A stretch of DNA of 64,000 bases from Patescibacteria group bacterium (lineage in GTDB: Bacteria > Bacteroidota > Ignavibacteria > Kapaibacteriales > Kapaibacteriaceae), in contig JBIICY010000001.1 in NCBI GenBank assembly GCA_044238605.1, forward strand, positions 9,433-73,432. Direction: 5' to 3'. This document shows, one piece after another, positions 47,401 through 60,410 of the stretch. Position 1 is the stretch's first letter; the number at the start of each line of letters is the position of its first letter. The notes beneath the pieces were generated by a model that ran no database searches, was not told the origin of the DNA, and saw only the letters and a list, made by a program, of their open reading frames with translations. The translations under genes and the position numbers were made by a program.

Positions 47401-49469
47401 CACTTCATGAAGAAGCGAACCTTAACATCTTTTGCATCGTTAGCACCGATGTTCCGAACAACGATCTTTGGAACAAGGGGCGTGTTTTGCGGATCCTTTG
47501 TTGCTGGGTCTACGATGTCATATGCCTGAAGATCAAGCGGGGCATCGATGGAAAACCGTGCATTAGACACATCTGTCACTGCGGCATTCGCTGTGCTAAA
47601 CACCCGCACAAGGCACTGATTTGAGACAATAAACGGCACCACCCATGCCTGTTCCTTTTGCGAAGACGCATTTGCATTCACCAAATACTGCAGCGTGGTC
47701 CATGTTGCACCATCGTCTGTAGAGTACTGAAGTGAAACCGTCTCAACCTTCGTCGCAGCAAATCGCACAGTGACCGTGGAGCCTGCAGTGAGTTTCTCAC
47801 CACCATTAGGATAGAGAATCTCAACAGAGCCTGAGTCTGAAGCAACGATGGCAAACGGACGCGTCATAATATCATTCGTGGCGTACTGATCATTTGCAAC
47901 ATTAGCCGTGATGCGTGCCAGATAACTGCCAGCAGTATCAATGCTTACGCCCGTAAACTGGGCAAGGTAGGTTTGTCCAACGCCAAGCTGAGCTACCGTT
48001 GTATTCAGTGTTTTCTTTACAACGTTGTTAAGATCTGTTAGCTCACAAGTCACGGTAATGTTGTTCAGCGCCTTGTCACCCAGGTTCCGGATATAGGCCG
48101 AAGGCTGGAACGTCTTCTTGGTAAGGTACGCGGCTCCATTGAGCGGTACGTTGATGCTAACAACGGCAACGTCTGTGTCCTTTCGTGTCGGCACAGGTGC
48201 ATTGCACCATGTTGTAGACAGCACCCGGTTGAACAGAGTTGCCACGCGTGGATGGAATTGGAGCTCGGTGCCCTTGTTTGTGAGGTGACAGTAGCTCATG
48301 ATTGTGCCACGGCGTGCACGGGTGTTTTCGTAGCAACCGCCCTCGGCATTCCAACACGAATCGATCGGCGGATTCCAGCCACAGTTGTGCGTGTGGGACG
48401 AGCCAATGTTATGTCCAAGCTCGTGCGAAGTAACATCGATATCCCAGATGTAGTTTGGTGCCGGGAAGTTGACGCGACCGTCAACACCGCTAACATTGTA
48501 TCCGTAACCGCCGCAGAGCACACCAACCCATGCAAGACCACCACCGCCCTCTCCAGAGAGCAGACATGTAACACTGCGACGAACATGCTTCATGTTGCCT
48601 TCCCAGTGCTCGCGGATCTTACCAAGCTTGTTGCCAATATCACCCGGATAAGGGTCGGCAACGGTCCACACACGCAGGTAGGGAACTCTGATAAGCACAT
48701 TCGCATCGCGGAAATAAACGGCTCCGCAGGCGCCTGTGATTGCAATAGCTGAGCTTGCTGAGGTAGTCAGACTATTGCCGAGGTTCTTATAGAACGAGTT
48801 TGTGCAATCCAATGCAAGCTGAAGTGAATACTGCGTGGCGTCCTGCGTATCGTCACCAGCCCCTTTCACAGACTCATCTCGATTCGTGATAGCAAAGATC
48901 GAGTCCACCTGACGCTGATACGTTGGCAGCTCCTCGGCATAACATTGAGTAGGTGTTCCCTGTCCAGAACGCACCTCATACACAATGTGATTTGCCATGC
49001 GGCCTTCGATAACCGTATCTGGACAGATCATGAATCGCCGCTTGCCCTCTGGCTCGTTGATCTCCAGCACGCCAATAACGTGCGTTGAGAAAGCTGCCAT
49101 GTAGACCGACGAACCCGGATATCCCTTGATCGAACCACGCACAAGGGCGTGGTCGGGAATCGGCACGTATTCATCTCCCCGCTCGGTTCTGCTGATCATC
49201 ACAGCGTCATCTGTAAACAACTCAAAGGTTGTGCCCAGAACTTCGAACATTCCACGCGAACTTGGGATCGACATCGTGTGCGTTGGAACAGCCCGAAGAT
49301 CTCGCACGATCGACGACGATGGAGCCACTGCCCGTGCATCGCTGGGAAGGGGGCTTCTTGTCCGTAGTGTTGCCGGATCAACCGATCGGAACTCGATCTG
49401 AGCAGTCAAAACAACCGTTTGCGCAAGCAGTACGAACAATATCGTACGTAGACTACGTATTCTGTCCAT
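44496..49469 (-). CDS. Giant secreted zinc metalloprotease (metzincin, HExxHxxGxxH) with two LamG domains, FN3-like modules and a T9SS C-terminal sorting domain
   Basis: HELGHNIGSSHTHNCGW. There are two Laminin_G_3-like blocks (LTFNGNGNKAIDP...EYWTFVK... and MVTFNGNKERFTV...EYWSYID...). The C-terminal ~80 aa (IVIMPNPANDVVTIRSE...GTYIVSCATAHGVTTRRLSV) looks like a Por-secretion CTD. I set the start at the signal peptide MDRIRSLRTILFVLLAQ. Confidence 0.7.
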   Translation of the reverse strand: MDRIRSLRTILFVLLAQTVVLTAQIEFRSVDPATLRTRSPLPSDARAVAPSSSIVRDLRAVPTHTMSIPSSRGMFEVLGTTFELFTDDAVMISRTERGDEYVPIPDHALVRGSIKGYPGSSVYMAAFSTHVIGVLEINEPEGKRRFMICPDTVIEGRMANHIVYEVRSGQGTPTQCYAEELPTYQRQVDSIFAITNRDESVKGAGDDTQDATQYSLQLALDCTNSFYKNLGNSLTTSASSAIAITGACGAVYFRDANVLIRVPYLRVWTVADPYPGDIGNKLGKIREHWEGNMKHVRRSVTCLLSGEGGGGLAWVGVLCGGYGYNVSGVDGRVNFPAPNYIWDIDVTSHELGHNIGSSHTHNCGWNPPIDSCWNAEGGCYENTRARRGTIMSYCHLTNKGTELQFHPRVATLFNRVLSTTWCNAPVPTRKDTDVAVVSINVPLNGAAYLTKKTFQPSAYIRNLGDKALNNITVTCELTDLNNVVKKTLNTTVAQLGVGQTYLAQFTGVSIDTAGSYLARITANVANDQYATNDIMTRPFAIVASDSGSVEILYPNGGEKLTAGSTVTVRFAATKVETVSLQYSTDDGATWTTLQYLVNANASSQKEQAWVVPFIVSNQCLVRVFSTANAAVTDVSNARFSIDAPLDLQAYDIVDPATKDPQNTPLVPKIVVRNIGANDAKDVKVRFFMKWVRATGPCYDTTFTLPLVKARAQDTLTLAPTPVLADGVHTMELYVDAPSDTNAANDRFWREFSARGLTPPSDIRYEEGPNRVLLQWRVRASDASQRVEIWRGSSTASMQKIRTLRESVNTFVDDGLTNDATYIYALRVVKGSQQSVFTPFVYTKPQVFPGAGAPGVPEHISPINGTVGVPALTDFVWTSVQAGDQYEVQIALDNSFQDLEHVAVVRDPGMLTLPLEFNTTRRWRVRAMNQTATGTWSTPATFVTTKNCAGKALTFNGNGNKAIDPTFTWNGGPVTIEYWTFVKRSTLKASTTFMVGESDNAGNRFQAHAPWDDGRIYWDYGNINDKGRISGPLGDGNFDRWVHIALVSDGATFKAIYVNGEEVASAKDASSPTGLKELTIGGMRSYTWFNGMVDEFRVWTEVRTPEEIRSNMNRRVPQASETSKIAGWWRLDEGSGITTKDVVRQRQLSLTSGSMWTDSEALVSCEDPVDIRSLTTINVAPVAPNLRVHEYELSWKHTMPSRGSTWYELEVATPSARTLKLINNIPANSKGEMTYTLRGLPADSSFSVGVRIRNTYGSSDETQITLTTPTPCSGSMVTFNGNKERFTVDKFLYSGKAATVEYWSYIDPTQLMNSVSFSVGEKADDARRLQAHAPWGDKTLYWDYGDWRENGRVSSSYESNIGKWTHVALVSNGYDTMAIYLDGVLAKRSTFTGAPELLRQLTIGGNPHSSTWFKGSIRNFRLWNTMRSERQIANSMFEHITEPRPNLLANYYLDEGKGTQINDALNALMSGSAPTEPMWGEAVTSSLMHAPALVHGRRIVQRGDTARYTRVRVPNATYTWEVRGGSILSGQESDEILVQWNSVDSVGTVVVRRTFAGGCTDETKINVVLPVLVGVQDEVNQSDDIVIMPNPANDVVTIRSEDAAVVTILDLQGRIVASAEIDQRGAVTVPIEMLAQGTYIVSCATAHGVTTRRLSVQR

Positions 49470-49515
49470 GGTGTTCTCAGGTTTATCTCGTCCAATATAC
49501 TCCCGATAATCCTGA

Positions 49516-52510
<2,995 letters not shown>

Positions 52511-52563
52511 GTGGATACAAAACTACATTGCCTCGTGGTGCAGACATCTAACTTCGTAGCATC

Positions 52564-53712
52564 ATGCTACGGCAACCATCGATCAAACCCGTTCTCTCGC
52601 TGCCCCATCGTCTGCAGGCAGAAACGCTCTCTCGTGGCCGTGGCGTTACGATAGCAATGGTCGACAGCGACTTTGTATCACATCCTGACCTTGCAGAACC
52701 AGTTCAGCGTGTGAAGCTCTATGTCAATGCCGTAGACCAGACCACCAGTAATCACCTTCCAGACCATGCACTAGCAAGACACTGGCACGGCACGATGACG
52801 GCGTGCACAGCCGCAGGTAACGGATATCTGTCGCACGGGCTGTACACCTCTCTGGCGCCAATGGCCTCAATCGTTGCGATTCGGACGATGAACGACGTTG
52901 GACGCATCACAACACCATCGATTGTGTGGGCACTACGATGGATCGAACGCAATGCCGAGCACCTTGGAATTGATATTGTAAACATCAGTGTCTATGCAGA
53001 CGAGATCGATCAGAGTCTGGAGCATCCCGTCAACGCAGCCGTCGAAGATCTCGTTGCTTTGGGCGTTGTAGTTATTGCCGCGGCCGGCAATAATCCCCAA
53101 GCTCCGATAAGGCCTCCGGCAGCCGCACCGAGCGCGATAACCGTTGGTGGTCTCAACGACAACAACTCTCTCGATCGGTCAGACGACAGCATGTACCACA
53201 GCACGTTCGGCATCACGAGCCTAAAGGTGCAGAAACCCGACGTTATTGCTCCCTCGATATGGTTGCCTGCGCCGGTTCTACCGGGAACATCAGGGTCCCA
53301 GCAGGCATCTGTGCTCTGCGCCCTGGACTGCATGAGTGATGAGCACCTCATGCGCCAAGGCATCGACCTCGCTATTGAGGCCAATATTATCAGCGATCCG
53401 ACGATATCACTGGAGCATCTCAGACACACGGTTGCCTCCGGTATTCGAGAAAACATGCTCATCAATCCATGGTACAAGATGGTTGATGGGACATCGTTTG
53501 CGGCCCCGATTGTGGCCTCTATTGCGGCTCAGATGCTCGAAATTGCCCCCTCACTAACGCCGCATGACGTAAAAGACATCCTGCAACAGACCGCAAAACG
53601 GCTTTCCGGGGTTGATGCCCTCTGTCAGGGGGCTGGAGTGATCCAGCAGCGCGAAGCCCTAGCCTTAGCCGGCATGTATTCCGGCCGGGGAACGCATTCA
53701 CCTGTCAGATAG
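52564..53712 (+). CDS. S8-family subtilisin-like serine peptidase
   Basis: Asp (AMVDSDF), His (HGTMTACTAAG) and Ser (GTSFAAPIVASIAAQ) catalytic motifs. Confidence 0.75.
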   Translation: MLRQPSIKPVLSLPHRLQAETLSRGRGVTIAMVDSDFVSHPDLAEPVQRVKLYVNAVDQTTSNHLPDHALARHWHGTMTACTAAGNGYLSHGLYTSLAPMASIVAIRTMNDVGRITTPSIVWALRWIERNAEHLGIDIVNISVYADEIDQSLEHPVNAAVEDLVALGVVVIAAAGNNPQAPIRPPAAAPSAITVGGLNDNNSLDRSDDSMYHSTFGITSLKVQKPDVIAPSIWLPAPVLPGTSGSQQASVLCALDCMSDEHLMRQGIDLAIEANIISDPTISLEHLRHTVASGIRENMLINPWYKMVDGTSFAAPIVASIAAQMLEIAPSLTPHDVKDILQQTAKRLSGVDALCQGAGVIQQREALALAGMYSGRGTHSPVR

Positions 53713-53739
53713 CATTGGTATGCGCCGTAATTTTGGCGC

Positions 53740-56700
53740 ATGACTCGTTTCCTCGTCTTTTTGTTTGCTGCAGCAGCAGTTACTGCGCAAGTATCAACAA
53801 CATCAGTAGACGGCCTGCGCGATAAGCGCACGACCTACACTGCCTATGTGAATTGCACTGCGATTCCATACCCTGGTGCTCGCATCGATTCCGCGGTGAT
53901 CATCGTTCATGATGAACGCATCGTTCGCGTGGGCAAGAACCTAGCCGTGCCGCAAGGTGCCGATGTGCGTGATTTGCGCGGTGCGTATGTCTATGCAGGT
54001 TTTGTTGAACCGTACCTCGATGTGGACGCACTCCGTGGAGCGGCATCCGAGCAGAAGCGTCCGCAATGGGAAGAAGATGAGAACCCCAACACACCAGAGC
54101 CGCAGGGAGCTCACTACTGGAACCAGGCCGTACGTCCTGAACGACGTGCAACAGACGCTCTGCGCATGAGCGATGATGCAGCAAAAGAATGGCAGTCACT
54201 CGGATACGGTGCAGCAGCGGCCGTATCGCAGGACGGTATCTTTAGCGGCAGTGCTGCTACTGTTCTGATGCGCGGCGGAACATCTTCAAAGACCGTTATC
54301 GCAGACAACGTCTACCAAAGACTGTCATTCTCTAAGGGCACGTCAAAGACTCCATACCCATCATCGCAGATGGGTTCCATTGCGCTCATTCGTCAGGCCT
54401 TCCTCGATGCATCGTGGTATGGCAAGGCGCATGCCGCAGCTCAACGCGTTAGCACAAACCGTCCGCCAGAAGTAAACCTTTCCCTCGAAGCTCTTCACAA
54501 CGCTGTTGTCTCAAAAACACCGTTCCTTGCTGAGTCATACGATGAGCACGATATTGTTCGTTGGAACCGCATCGCAAAGGAAGCCGGAATTTCGGTCGTC
54601 AATCTTGGCAGTGGCACGGAGTTCCGTCGGCTAAACTCTATTACAGCAGCTAAACCCGATGCAATCATTATACCTCTTACGTTCCCAGACGTTCCGGATG
54701 TTCGCGATGCCGTAAGTGCGCACGAAGTGGGATTAACCGATCTGATCAATTGGTACTGGGCGGCAGATAACGCGCGCCTACTCGATTCTGCAGGGATTCA
54801 CGTGGCGTTTACACTGCACGGGCTCAAAGACAAGTCTGCAATGCTTACTCGCATTCGTGAGTGTGTGCAACGCGGACTCCGCGAAGATGTAGCTCTGGCC
54901 GCACTTACAACAGAGCCTGCGCAGGTTGCACGTGTTGGAGACCGCATCGGGCGTGTCGACGCCGGATATTATGCCAACCTTGTGGTTGCCAGCGGCCCCC
55001 TTTTTGCTGATGGTACAGAAATTCAGCGTGTAGTTGTAGCTGGTTCTGAGCGCGTGTTGCGTCTGCCGGTAGACATCGATGTTCGCGGCCATTGGACAAT
55101 CACATCGGCTGGCCTGCCTAATGGCAAGAGCCTAAAGGTTAAGCTCTCCGGCAGCATCGAACAGCCAACGGCGGAGTTTACGCGCGATTCGATTTCTCTC
55201 ATCGGAACGTTTACACTCCAAGGAAAGAGAGCAGCATTTAATGTGCATCTCGACACACTCGGTGTGCCAGGGATGCTGCGCGCTGCAAGCATTGCTGATT
55301 CTATTATGATCGGTGGAGAGGCACTCCTGCCTGATGGACGACTGATCAGCTTTATCATGCGTCGTGATTCCACACTGAAAGACCGCAGCGAAACCTCCAA
55401 TTGGGTGAGAATCCAACAGCGACTTCCGATGCCGAAAGTCTATCCAATGGGGCCTTTCGGGCTTGCATCAGCACCATCTGCAGCAGACGTTGTTTTGAAG
55501 AATGCAACCGTGTGGACATGCGGCCCGCAGGGTATTCTCGAGAACGCAGACGTAGCCTTGCGCGATGGAAAGATCATAGGGGTTGGCAAGGGGCTTGTAG
55601 CCGCCACAACTATCGACTGTAAAGGCATGCACATAACGCCCGGCATTATTGATGAGCATTCTCACATTGCAATCACTCGCGGCGTAAATGAGGGCACTCA
55701 CGCCGTTACAACAGAAGTGCGCATCGGAGATGTGCTCGACCCCGATGATGTAAACATTTACCGTCAGCTCGCTGGCGGCGTTACCTCTACTCACCTTCTT
55801 CACGGATCTGCCAATCCAATGGGCGGCCAGCTGCAGTACATCAAGACACGCTGGGGTTCCGATGCCGAGGGACTCAAGGTAGAGGGCGCGGTTCCTACGG
55901 TCAAGTTCGCACTCGGCGAAAATGTCAAGCAGGCAAACTGGGGAGACCGCTACACATTGCGCTATCCGCAAACACGCATGGGCGTTGAGCAGATTATGCG
56001 CGATGCATTCCGCACTGCGCGTGAGTACGAACGTGATCTCAAAGCAAATGATCCAACAAAGCCTGTGCGTCAGGATTTGCAGCTCGATGCCCTTGTTGAA
56101 ATCATCAACAGCAAGCGTAACATCCACTGTCACTCGTACGTGCAGAGTGAGATCCTTATGCTTATGCGTCTTGCCGAAGAGTTCGGATTCCGCGTTCATA
56201 CATTTACACACATCCTCGAAGGCTACAAGGTTGCCCAAGAGATGGCAAAGCATGGTGTCGGTGCATCGTCATTCGCAGACTGGTGGGCCTACAAGATGGA
56301 GGTGTTCGACGCAATTCCGGAAAGCCCGTCCATTATGCACGATGCCGGCGTAAACGTCTCAATCAATTCAGATGACGCAGAAATGGCTCGCAGACTCAAC
56401 CAAGAGGCGGCAAAGAGCGTCAAGTACGGCAACGTCGCTGAGATCGATGCCATGAAGTTTGTAACGATCAATGCTGCAAAGCAGATGGCCATCGAACAGC
56501 GCACCGGAAGCCTGGAGATTGGAAAAGACGGCGATGTTGTTGTCTGGACTGGCCATCCGCTCTCGAACATGTCTCGTGTTGAACGCACGTTTGTAGACGG
56601 ACGTGAGTATTTCTCACGCACAACAGATGCGCAGCTTCGCGACCGTGATGCAGCTCTCCGCAGACTGCTTGAGCAGGAAGCAATCAAGGCAATCAGCAAG

Positions 56701-56784
56701 GGGGCAAGCACCTCTCGCGGCGGACGTGGACCACGCAGAGAATACCATTGCGATACGGCCGAAGATGAAGTTGCAGGACGTTGA
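53740..56784 (+). CDS. Tandem-domain amidohydrolase-family protein (secreted, ~1014 aa)
   Basis: Signal peptide. The second half carries the HxH metal motif (IIDEHSHIAI) and the DxH-type C-terminal motif; the first half is a degenerate amidohydrolase-like domain. Confidence 0.6.
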   Translation: MTRFLVFLFAAAAVTAQVSTTSVDGLRDKRTTYTAYVNCTAIPYPGARIDSAVIIVHDERIVRVGKNLAVPQGADVRDLRGAYVYAGFVEPYLDVDALRGAASEQKRPQWEEDENPNTPEPQGAHYWNQAVRPERRATDALRMSDDAAKEWQSLGYGAAAAVSQDGIFSGSAATVLMRGGTSSKTVIADNVYQRLSFSKGTSKTPYPSSQMGSIALIRQAFLDASWYGKAHAAAQRVSTNRPPEVNLSLEALHNAVVSKTPFLAESYDEHDIVRWNRIAKEAGISVVNLGSGTEFRRLNSITAAKPDAIIIPLTFPDVPDVRDAVSAHEVGLTDLINWYWAADNARLLDSAGIHVAFTLHGLKDKSAMLTRIRECVQRGLREDVALAALTTEPAQVARVGDRIGRVDAGYYANLVVASGPLFADGTEIQRVVVAGSERVLRLPVDIDVRGHWTITSAGLPNGKSLKVKLSGSIEQPTAEFTRDSISLIGTFTLQGKRAAFNVHLDTLGVPGMLRAASIADSIMIGGEALLPDGRLISFIMRRDSTLKDRSETSNWVRIQQRLPMPKVYPMGPFGLASAPSAADVVLKNATVWTCGPQGILENADVALRDGKIIGVGKGLVAATTIDCKGMHITPGIIDEHSHIAITRGVNEGTHAVTTEVRIGDVLDPDDVNIYRQLAGGVTSTHLLHGSANPMGGQLQYIKTRWGSDAEGLKVEGAVPTVKFALGENVKQANWGDRYTLRYPQTRMGVEQIMRDAFRTAREYERDLKANDPTKPVRQDLQLDALVEIINSKRNIHCHSYVQSEILMLMRLAEEFGFRVHTFTHILEGYKVAQEMAKHGVGASSFADWWAYKMEVFDAIPESPSIMHDAGVNVSINSDDAEMARRLNQEAAKSVKYGNVAEIDAMKFVTINAAKQMAIEQRTGSLEIGKDGDVVVWTGHPLSNMSRVERTFVDGREYFSRTTDAQLRDRDAALRRLLEQEAIKAISKGASTSRGGRGPRREYHCDTAEDEVAGR

Positions 56785-58294
56785 TACTCGCTTCTGCGAA
56801 TCACGATCTCGTCAGGGAGCTTCGCGATCTCGGCTCGCACAACTTATACGTCAGTCTCTTGGTCATGTGCAGATCTCTGCACAGCAGGAATCTGCCATCA
56901 AAACACTGCAGAATCCAACGAGTGTAGTTGCCATAACAGGCCAGCAGGTAGGTCTGTTTGGTGGCCCGATGTATACGTTATACAAGATCCGCAGCGCCGT
57001 ACAAGCAGCTCAGGATATTGAGCGTCGAACTGGTGTGCTCTGCGTTCCAATCTTCTGGATCGAAGACAATGATCACGACGCTCGCGAGGCGATGTCGGCA
57101 AAGCTGCTCTCTGCTCCGTGCGACGTTATCGATGTCGCACCGTATGACGGCTCAGAACCACGCCAGCGTGTAGGCGATCGCTTACTGAGTGCTGTAGAAT
57201 GCGCAACCATTGATCGATCCTGCGAGCACTTGGTGGGCAGATTTGCAGATACCACCCGCGAGCGTATGAAGCGTACGTACACAGTGGGCGCATCGTGGAG
57301 CGCATCATTTGTGGATGTACTAGCCCCCTACCTTGCACACTGGGGCGTGCTGCCGTTGCGATCGAGTCTACTGGTAACATCTGGGCTGCACAGCTCCGTG
57401 CTTGAGCATCTGCTTGGCATCAACGCAGACCTCGTTCAATCGATGCGCACTGCCACTGCCGAGATTACTGCAAGGGGCGAACACGCGCAGGCTGCCGTGT
57501 TGGACATTCCGTGGATGTACACAACATCTGCTGGACGTCAGCGTATTGAGCCTGCAGCAAACGGCGTGCGGATTGTCGATAAGGATTTGTCTTTTGACGA
57601 ACTGCTGCATGCCGCAAGAACCGAGCCCAATAACTTTACCCCAACGGTACTTACACGGCCAATGCTTCAGGATGCCCTGCTTCCAACCGTTGTTGCTGTG
57701 CTTGGAAAGGCCGAACTAGCATATCACAGCCAGCTTCCGCAGGCATATGCAGCTGCAGGCTTTACCATGCCCGCACTGCAGATGCGCTCAGGGGGCACAT
57801 TGCTACCATCAAAGACCTGGCGAAACATCAGCAAATCAGGTCATGATACAACATGGTTTCTTCGGCCATGGCAGGAGGTAGAGCGTGATGTTGCATCTGA
57901 ACTAACAAACGACCTCATACCTGCTGGCGACGACATACGTGCTCGCATTAACGAGACGTTTGAACCCTATCAGGGGGCCGCCCAGATCATTGATCCCACG
58001 CTAGTGGCAACTGTCAACGCTCAGCGTGCGAACATGATCTCAGCAGTTGAAGCACTGGAAGGTAAACTACGATCTGCGGCGAAGAAAAAACATACCGCCG
58101 CACTCGACAGAGCACGTGCGATTCACACTAGCTTGTACCCGCTCGACACACTTCAGGAACGTGTCTATCCGCTTGCAATGTGGGAGGCAGAATTCGGCGT
58201 TGAAGCACTGCTTGCCATGTGCGACGAACTTGCGCATCATGCTATTGGCACACACGTACCTATACAAGCCCCAGCATATGAAGAAGGCACGTAA
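56765..58294 (+). CDS. bshC: Bacillithiol biosynthesis cysteine-adding enzyme BshC-like
   Basis: VVAITGQQVGLFGGPMYTLYKIRSAVQAAQDIERRTGVLCVPIFWIEDNDHD matches the conserved BshC N-terminal core (GQQ.GLF.GP.Y...K...A...A...E...G....PVFW...EDHD). I chose the start at MKLQDV; upstream in-frame Met codons also exist. Confidence 0.65.
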   Translation: MKLQDVDTRFCESRSRQGASRSRLAQLIRQSLGHVQISAQQESAIKTLQNPTSVVAITGQQVGLFGGPMYTLYKIRSAVQAAQDIERRTGVLCVPIFWIEDNDHDAREAMSAKLLSAPCDVIDVAPYDGSEPRQRVGDRLLSAVECATIDRSCEHLVGRFADTTRERMKRTYTVGASWSASFVDVLAPYLAHWGVLPLRSSLLVTSGLHSSVLEHLLGINADLVQSMRTATAEITARGEHAQAAVLDIPWMYTTSAGRQRIEPAANGVRIVDKDLSFDELLHAARTEPNNFTPTVLTRPMLQDALLPTVVAVLGKAELAYHSQLPQAYAAAGFTMPALQMRSGGTLLPSKTWRNISKSGHDTTWFLRPWQEVERDVASELTNDLIPAGDDIRARINETFEPYQGAAQIIDPTLVATVNAQRANMISAVEALEGKLRSAAKKKHTAALDRARAIHTSLYPLDTLQERVYPLAMWEAEFGVEALLAMCDELAHHAIGTHVPIQAPAYEEGT

Positions 58295-59780
58295 CTCGCG
58301 CGTATGCGTGATAGGCGGAGGTATCGGTGGACTTGTTGCATCGATCCAGCTGGCCTATGCTGGATTTGATGTTTCGGTCTATGAGCAGGCAGCCAAGGTT
58401 GGAGGTAAGTGCAACACGTCTGAGTTTGACGGCTGCACCTTTGAAACAGGGCCTACGCTCGTTACAATGCCATTTGTGCTGGACGAAGTATTCCGCCGTG
58501 TGGGTAGGAACCGTGAAGACTACATCACGCTTCGTCCGGTTGATCCGGCATGCCAGTACAGGTGGAGCGATGGTTCGCAGCTAAACATGCCCTTTGACCT
58601 AGAAGCGGTAATCCAGGCAGTTGAAGACTTTGCCCCGGGTGAAGGCAAGCATGCGCGAGCATATCTCGACCATGCGAAAGAAGTGTATGAGATGACCAAG
58701 GACATCTTCATCTTCTCTCCTTTTGACGGCTTTCGTGAGTTCTTTAAGCTAAAGAACGCCTCGCTTCTTCCGCGGCTTCCACGACTCAGGTTTGCATCAA
58801 CGCTTCACAAGCATAACGCATCGTATTTCAAAGACCCGCGCATTCGTCAGTTGTTTGACAGATTCGCAACCTACAATGGATCGAATCCTTACAAGGCTCC
58901 AGCAACGCTCATGGTTATACCGTGGGTAGAGATCGGCTACGGGGCATGGTATCCCGACGGTGGAATGTACAGCATCGTTAACGGCCTGGTGACACTCGCA
59001 TCTGAACTCGGCGTTGAAACACACACGAATCAACGTGTGACATCAATCGAAGTAGCTGCCAATTCAGTTCAAGGTATCCGGCTTGCTCATGGGCAGATCA
59101 TATCATGCGACCATGTTGTATCGAACGCAGACGTATACGTTACACGAAAGCACCTACTCGGATTGCCGGTACCCGAGCCCCGTGACCTCTCGTGCAGCGG
59201 TGTTGTTGTTCAGGCCAGTGTTGATGCCGTTGATCACGGCCTAGCGCATCACAACATCCTGTTTGCTGATGACTACAAGCGTGAGTTCATGGCAATTGAG
59301 CAACAGAGACATCATGATCCACATGCAACGATCTATATCTCGCGATCTGGCTCTGCTGATGCAACTCTGAGTGCACCCGGACGGGAGAATTGGTTTATCC
59401 TTATCAACGCGCCAGCTAATGGAGTATCGCCAGTTCTAAATGCTCAGGAATCCTCTCAGTGGAAGGGGCACGAAGACGCGGTGATTGATAAGCTACTTGG
59501 CCGGTTAGCAGCGTTTGGGCTAAATCCTACCATTCGTGAGCATCGCCTGCGAACACCAGACACGATGGCGGAAGAATGGTCGTCGTATCGTGGGGCCTTG
59601 TACGGAGCATCTTCCAACTCACCATTCAGTGCCTTCCTGCGACCACGTCAGAAGTCGCGGGAGGTCGGAAATCTTTGGTATGTTGGAGGAAGTTCACACC
59701 CTGGCGGCGGTATCCCACTGGTAGCAACAAGCGGGATGATCGCAGCGTCGCTGATTGAACTATCATCACCACATTCCTAG
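58278..59780 (+). CDS. Phytoene desaturase-family FAD-dependent oxidoreductase (CrtI/CrtD-like)
   Basis: VCVIGGGIGGLVASIQLAYAGFDVSVYEQAAKVGGKC (dinucleotide-binding), and the C-terminal LWYVGGSSHPGGGIPLVATSG motif typical of the CrtI family. Confidence 0.7.
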   Translation: MKKARNSRVCVIGGGIGGLVASIQLAYAGFDVSVYEQAAKVGGKCNTSEFDGCTFETGPTLVTMPFVLDEVFRRVGRNREDYITLRPVDPACQYRWSDGSQLNMPFDLEAVIQAVEDFAPGEGKHARAYLDHAKEVYEMTKDIFIFSPFDGFREFFKLKNASLLPRLPRLRFASTLHKHNASYFKDPRIRQLFDRFATYNGSNPYKAPATLMVIPWVEIGYGAWYPDGGMYSIVNGLVTLASELGVETHTNQRVTSIEVAANSVQGIRLAHGQIISCDHVVSNADVYVTRKHLLGLPVPEPRDLSCSGVVVQASVDAVDHGLAHHNILFADDYKREFMAIEQQRHHDPHATIYISRSGSADATLSAPGRENWFILINAPANGVSPVLNAQESSQWKGHEDAVIDKLLGRLAAFGLNPTIREHRLRTPDTMAEEWSSYRGALYGASSNSPFSAFLRPRQKSREVGNLWYVGGSSHPGGGIPLVATSGMIAASLIELSSPHS

Positions 59781-59789
59781 AGTACTTCT

Positions 59790-60410
59790 ATGATCATCAG
59801 AGTTGTTGCGGTTCTTACCGTTCTTCTTGTTTCCTCATGCGCAAGCATTCGCGATCTCACAAATGCCGTCATGTCTATGAAGGACATGCAGTTCCGCATT
59901 GTACGAGTCACAGATCTAAAGATTTCCGGTATCGATGCAGCACGGCTGTCATCAATCTCGGACGTAAGCCCAACAGACGCGGTTCGATTGCTTGAGGCAT
60001 ATCACGCGAAGAACGTCAAGGCAACGTTTACGGTGGAGCTCGAAGCCAAGAACCCGAATGATGGAACCGTTACGAACACTAAGCCCCTTGACCTTACTCT
60101 CAAGGAGCTTCCGTGGACGCTGTACTTCGATGAGCGGACTGTAGTAAGCGGTGTTGTCCGCAAAGACATCCCTTTGGCAGGTGGAGCAACATCGAGTGCA
60201 ATCCCCGTTGACATAACAATGGACGTCTCGAAAGTGCTCTTTGACAAAGGGTACGAAGAGATCATGCAGTCAGTTCTTGCCCTTGGCGGTGCGAACGGCT
60301 CTGCTGCTAAACTCACAGTAAAGGCTCGTCCAACAGTGAGCACACCATACGGCATCGTTAAGTCGCCCAATGATATCACAATCGTTAGTACCGAGTTTCG
60401 CAGTAAGTAA
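59790..60410 (+). CDS. Lipoprotein, LEA_2/WHy-like domain protein
   Basis: Lipobox LVSSCAS; ~200 aa beta-rich sequence with LEA14-like spacing. Confidence 0.4.
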   Translation: MIIRVVAVLTVLLVSSCASIRDLTNAVMSMKDMQFRIVRVTDLKISGIDAARLSSISDVSPTDAVRLLEAYHAKNVKATFTVELEAKNPNDGTVTNTKPLDLTLKELPWTLYFDERTVVSGVVRKDIPLAGGATSSAIPVDITMDVSKVLFDKGYEEIMQSVLALGGANGSAAKLTVKARPTVSTPYGIVKSPNDITIVSTEFRSK

